DNA from: Halalkalibacterium halodurans
GTDB lineage: Bacteria > Bacillota > Bacilli > Bacillales > Bacillaceae_D
Length of the DNA stretch: 9,820 nucleotides
Direction of reading: 5' to 3'
NCBI RefSeq assembly: GCF_004376175.1
Contig: NZ_SNUY01000096.1
Location: 1 to 9,820 of the forward strand
Shown: positions 7,032 through 9,820 of the stretch, one piece after another
Position numbering within the stretch: the stretch's first letter is position 1
Layout of the letters: each line of letters starts with the position of its first letter
Program-made: the position numbers and the translations under genes
The notes under the pieces: generated by a model
Seen by the model: only the letters and a program-made list of their open reading frames with translations
The model's database searches: none
Told to the model about the DNA's origin: nothing

Positions 7032-8521
7032 ACGAAAAATTTGCCTATATTCACGAAAAGGACAATGTCATCATTGCCTTGTCGCCTTTAGAACAAGGGG
7101 AAGTGCTCAATGTTAACGGCTTACCCATTACGTTAAGTGAATCTATCCCAAGGGGACATAAGGTAGCCATTGTTACGATCGAACAAGGGGAAGATGTAAT
7201 CAAATATGGATTTCCCATTGGTAAAGCCACGACGACAATTCAACCTGGTGCCTGGGTCCATTCACAAAATATGAAAACGAAGCTGGAAGGTGTTCAGGAA
7301 TACGACTATACACCAAGCGCTCCCTCGTTCCGAAAACAAGTAGAGAAGGTACGGACATTCCAAGGGTATGTCAGGGATAATGGTAATGTTGGTATCCGCA
7401 ATGAAATTTGGATTATTAACACCGTAGGATGCATTAATAAAACGGCAGAACGACTCGCAGCCATAAGTAACGAAACGTGCGGAGCCGGTGTAGACGGTGT
7501 GTATCATTACCCTCATTTGTTCGGGTGCTCCCAGCTTGGTGATGACCTGCTTTATACGCAGAAAATATTAAGGAATCTCGTCCTTCATCCGAATGCGGCA
7601 GGGGTGCTCGTATTAGGGCTTGGCTGTGAAAACAACCATATTGCTGCTTTTAAGCAGGTGCTTGGCGACTATGATGACAGGCGAGTGAAGTTTCTTGCTG
7701 TCCAAGAGGCCGATAATGAAATGGAACAAGGACTCGCAATTATTGAGGAGTTGATTCGTTACGCGAAAACAGCCAAGCGCGAGCCTATCCCCCTTTCCAA
7801 GCTAAAAGTTGGCCTGAAGTGCGGAGGGTCTGACGGCTTTTCCGGAATTACCGCAAACCCCCTCGTCGGTGCGTTTTCTGATAAAGTCGTTGCCCATGGG
7901 GGGACAACGGTGATGACAGAGGTACCCGAAATGTTTGGGGCGGAGACGATTTTAATGAATCGTGCCAAGGATCAGGCAACCTTTGAAAAAATGGTTCGGC
8001 TCATTAACGATTTCAAAGAGTATTTCCTTCGGCACAATCAACCAGTCTATGAAAATCCATCTCCTGGGAACAAAGAGGGAGGGATTACGACACTTGAAGA
8101 AAAGTCATTAGGCTGTGTGCAAAAGGGTGGTTTTGCCGAAGTCGTCGATGTCCTCCCATACGGAGAAAGGTTGGAAAAGCCAGGATTAAACTTACTGCAA
8201 GGCCCAGGGAATGATTTAGTATCGGTGACAGCTCTCGCGGCAGCCGGTGCCCATTTTGTCTTGTTTACGACGGGTCGTGGAACCCCTTTTGGTGGCCCAG
8301 TGCCAACGGTAAAAATTTCGACTAACACGTCCCTTTATGAACGAAAGAAGCATTGGATTGATTTTAACGCCGGGCGGCTAGTTGAAGGGGCAACCTTGGA
8401 TGAAGTAGCTGAAGAGTTGCTCGACTATGGGGTGAAGCTTGCTTCGGGAGAAGTGAGGGCGAAAAACGAAGAGTATGGGTTTAAGGAAATTTCCATTTTT
8501 AAGGATGGAGTCATATTGTAA
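7028..8521 (+). CDS. uxaA: Altronate dehydratase (UxaA/GarD family, N-terminal SAF domain)
   Basis: It is 497 aa, the same length as B. subtilis UxaA. Long recognisable blocks are present: RGHKVA, VIKYGFPIG, RTFQGY, RNEIWIINTVGC, YGCSQLGDD, HPNAAGVLVLGLGCENN, GLKCGGSDGFSGITANPL, TEVPEMFGAETILM, PVYENPSPGNKEGGITTLEEKSLGC, LFTTGRGTPFG, PTVKISTNT. Confidence 0.9.
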   Translation: MNEKFAYIHEKDNVIIALSPLEQGEVLNVNGLPITLSESIPRGHKVAIVTIEQGEDVIKYGFPIGKATTTIQPGAWVHSQNMKTKLEGVQEYDYTPSAPSFRKQVEKVRTFQGYVRDNGNVGIRNEIWIINTVGCINKTAERLAAISNETCGAGVDGVYHYPHLFGCSQLGDDLLYTQKILRNLVLHPNAAGVLVLGLGCENNHIAAFKQVLGDYDDRRVKFLAVQEADNEMEQGLAIIEELIRYAKTAKREPIPLSKLKVGLKCGGSDGFSGITANPLVGAFSDKVVAHGGTTVMTEVPEMFGAETILMNRAKDQATFEKMVRLINDFKEYFLRHNQPVYENPSPGNKEGGITTLEEKSLGCVQKGGFAEVVDVLPYGERLEKPGLNLLQGPGNDLVSVTALAAAGAHFVLFTTGRGTPFGGPVPTVKISTNTSLYERKKHWIDFNAGRLVEGATLDEVAEELLDYGVKLASGEVRAKNEEYGFKEISIFKDGVIL

Positions 8522-9630
8522 TGGAACGATTGTCTGAGCAAGTGAGGAAGGTGCGCCGATGGCTCATTGATCAACCATTTGACGGAATCTTGTTATCAGA
8601 ACAAAAAAACATTGCCTGGCTTACAGGTGCTCGTGCGTACGTCAATCTGGCAACAGAGCGCTCCATCGTCTTTTTTCTAATCACCGAATCGGAGACGGTC
8701 ATGTACTGTAGCAACATTGAAAAAGAGAGATTACTAGCAGAAGAGATTGGCGATACGGTTGGGGAAATCCATGTGTTTCCATGGTATGATCCTTTGCTCG
8801 CTGAGTCGATTACACAAGAGCAGTCAAAAATAGGGAAGGTTGTTCTCGATCGCGAAGTCGAAAGCGCATTCAAAGCGGTACGCTCAGCCCTTTCTCCTTC
8901 TCAAGTCGTGGGTTACCGTCAACTTGGCAAGTTGTCCGCTGCCGCGGTAGAGGAAACTGCCCTTGGATTACAACGAGGCGAAACGGAGCTAGAGATTGCA
9001 GGAAGACTTGCGAACGCTGCGATCAAACGAGGAATTGAACCTGTCGTCAACCTTGTGGCTGTTGATGACAGGGTGTCTGCTTACAGGCACCCATTACCGA
9101 CTGACAAGCGGCTTGACCGCTATGTCATGATCGTCTTATCAGGACGGAGAAACGGCCAGTATATTTCGTTGACACGGCTCGTCCATTTTGGTGTGATCCC
9201 GATTGACCTGAAGAAAAAGCATGCAGCCGTATGCACCATTGATAGTAGATTGATGCATCACACGCGGGTCGGGCAGTCAATGGGTGATTTGTTTAAGGAG
9301 ATGAAGGCAGCTTATGCTACTGTCGGTTATCTACATGAATGGAAAAACCATCATCAAGGTGGGCTAACAGGCTACGTTGGCCGGGAGCGATTGCTGCAGC
9401 CTGACGCTCAAGAGCTCATTCAAGCAAACGAAGTTTATGCGTGGAATCCAAGCATTACAGGGACAAAATCAGAAGACACCATTCTTGTAACAGAGTCAGG
9501 ACCTGAAATATTAACGTTAGGGAAGAAATTTCCACTAATGACGGTTACGGTCGCTGGGTGTACGTACGAACGACCGGATATACTCGGGCGAAATGATGGA
9601 GGTAGTGTCAAAAGTTCTATGAAAAACTAG
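8521..9630 (+). CDS. M24-fold (creatinase/prolidase pita-bread) protein with 3' end replaced by the IS: native codons 1-360 (8521-9600) plus 9 IS-encoded codons
   Basis: ATG 8521 overlaps the uxaA stop (TAATG at 8519-8523), and an AAGGATGGAG RBS lies upstream. The C-terminal domain motifs RHPLPTDKRL, NHHQGGLTGY and GTKSEDTILVTESGPEILT follow the order of M24 peptidase motifs. The last 9 aa, GSVKSSMKN, and the stop are supplied by the IS end. Confidence 0.7.
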   Translation: MERLSEQVRKVRRWLIDQPFDGILLSEQKNIAWLTGARAYVNLATERSIVFFLITESETVMYCSNIEKERLLAEEIGDTVGEIHVFPWYDPLLAESITQEQSKIGKVVLDREVESAFKAVRSALSPSQVVGYRQLGKLSAAAVEETALGLQRGETELEIAGRLANAAIKRGIEPVVNLVAVDDRVSAYRHPLPTDKRLDRYVMIVLSGRRNGQYISLTRLVHFGVIPIDLKKKHAAVCTIDSRLMHHTRVGQSMGDLFKEMKAAYATVGYLHEWKNHHQGGLTGYVGRERLLQPDAQELIQANEVYAWNPSITGTKSEDTILVTESGPEILTLGKKFPLMTVTVAGCTYERPDILGRNDGGSVKSSMKN

Positions 9631-9820
9631 CACGGTTCATACTACCTACCATTTATTAGGTGGAAAGGCCGCGCTATCGCTCTTGACAAACACGCCAATG
9701 GTTTATTCAGAGGTCAATCAAGGGCGAAGGGAACAAAAGTAGGCATGCCAAATAACCCTTGACTTTTTCCATTTTAAACCATTGGCAAGTTCGGTTTGTC
9801 AAGAGTTCGCTTCGCCGATA
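9601..9820 (-). mobile_element. Insertion sequence copy B: terminal 220 bp, inverted relative to copy A (its transposase would lie on the minus strand beyond the window)
   Basis: It is the reverse complement of 382-602 with 5 substitutions and one 1-bp indel. Identity begins exactly at 9601 (GGTAGTGTCAAAAG). Confidence 0.9.

Noticed and set aside
5948-8873. Antisense or off-frame ORFs 5948-6337(-), 7262-7516(-), 7759-7968(-), 8047-8328(-), 8571-8873(-)
   Set aside because: Same reasoning. They are shadow ORFs opposite the BASS, uxaA and M24 genes, with no recognisable motifs or translation signals.
9570-9611. A hybrid promoter at the copy B junction, mirroring the one at copy A
   Set aside because: The same -35 (complement of 9606-9611) is present, but no -10-like hexamer occurs at 16-18 bp on the minus strand. 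The nearest, TATATC, is 23 bp away.

Overview
Bacillaceae-like DNA (mid-40s % GC by eye, strong GGAGG ribosome-binding sites, gene order like the B. subtilis yteP-yteR-yteS-yteT-yteU region). The main structural feature is that both edges of the window are inverted copies of one insertion-sequence end. Bases 382-602 are the reverse complement of 9601-9820, with 5 substitutions and one 1-bp indel (about 97% identity). The left copy (1-602) carries the last 117 codons of an rve-type DDE transposase, followed by an unusually long (248 bp), strongly self-complementary non-coding tail that ends in GGTAGTGTCAAAAG. The two IS termini enclose an 8,998-bp cargo (603-9600). On the minus strand the cargo holds the N-terminal 160 codons of a membrane sensor/regulator, cut by the IS. 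On the plus strand it holds a tightly packed, co-directional gene string: an LplB/YteP-type sugar ABC permease, a GH105 unsaturated rhamnogalacturonyl hydrolase (YteR), a small lipoprotein, a Gfo/Idh/MocA oxidoreductase (YteT-like), a DUF624 membrane protein (YteU-like), a BASS-family transporter, altronate dehydratase (UxaA), and an M24-fold protein whose last codons are replaced by the IS end. The cargo therefore looks like a pectin/rhamnogalacturonan utilisation module in a composite-transposon-like or invertible frame. The divergent control region has two perfect cre (CcpA) consensus sites. I saw no tRNA, rRNA, CRISPR array or convincing intrinsic terminator. All homology statements come from motif recognition by eye, not from database searches.
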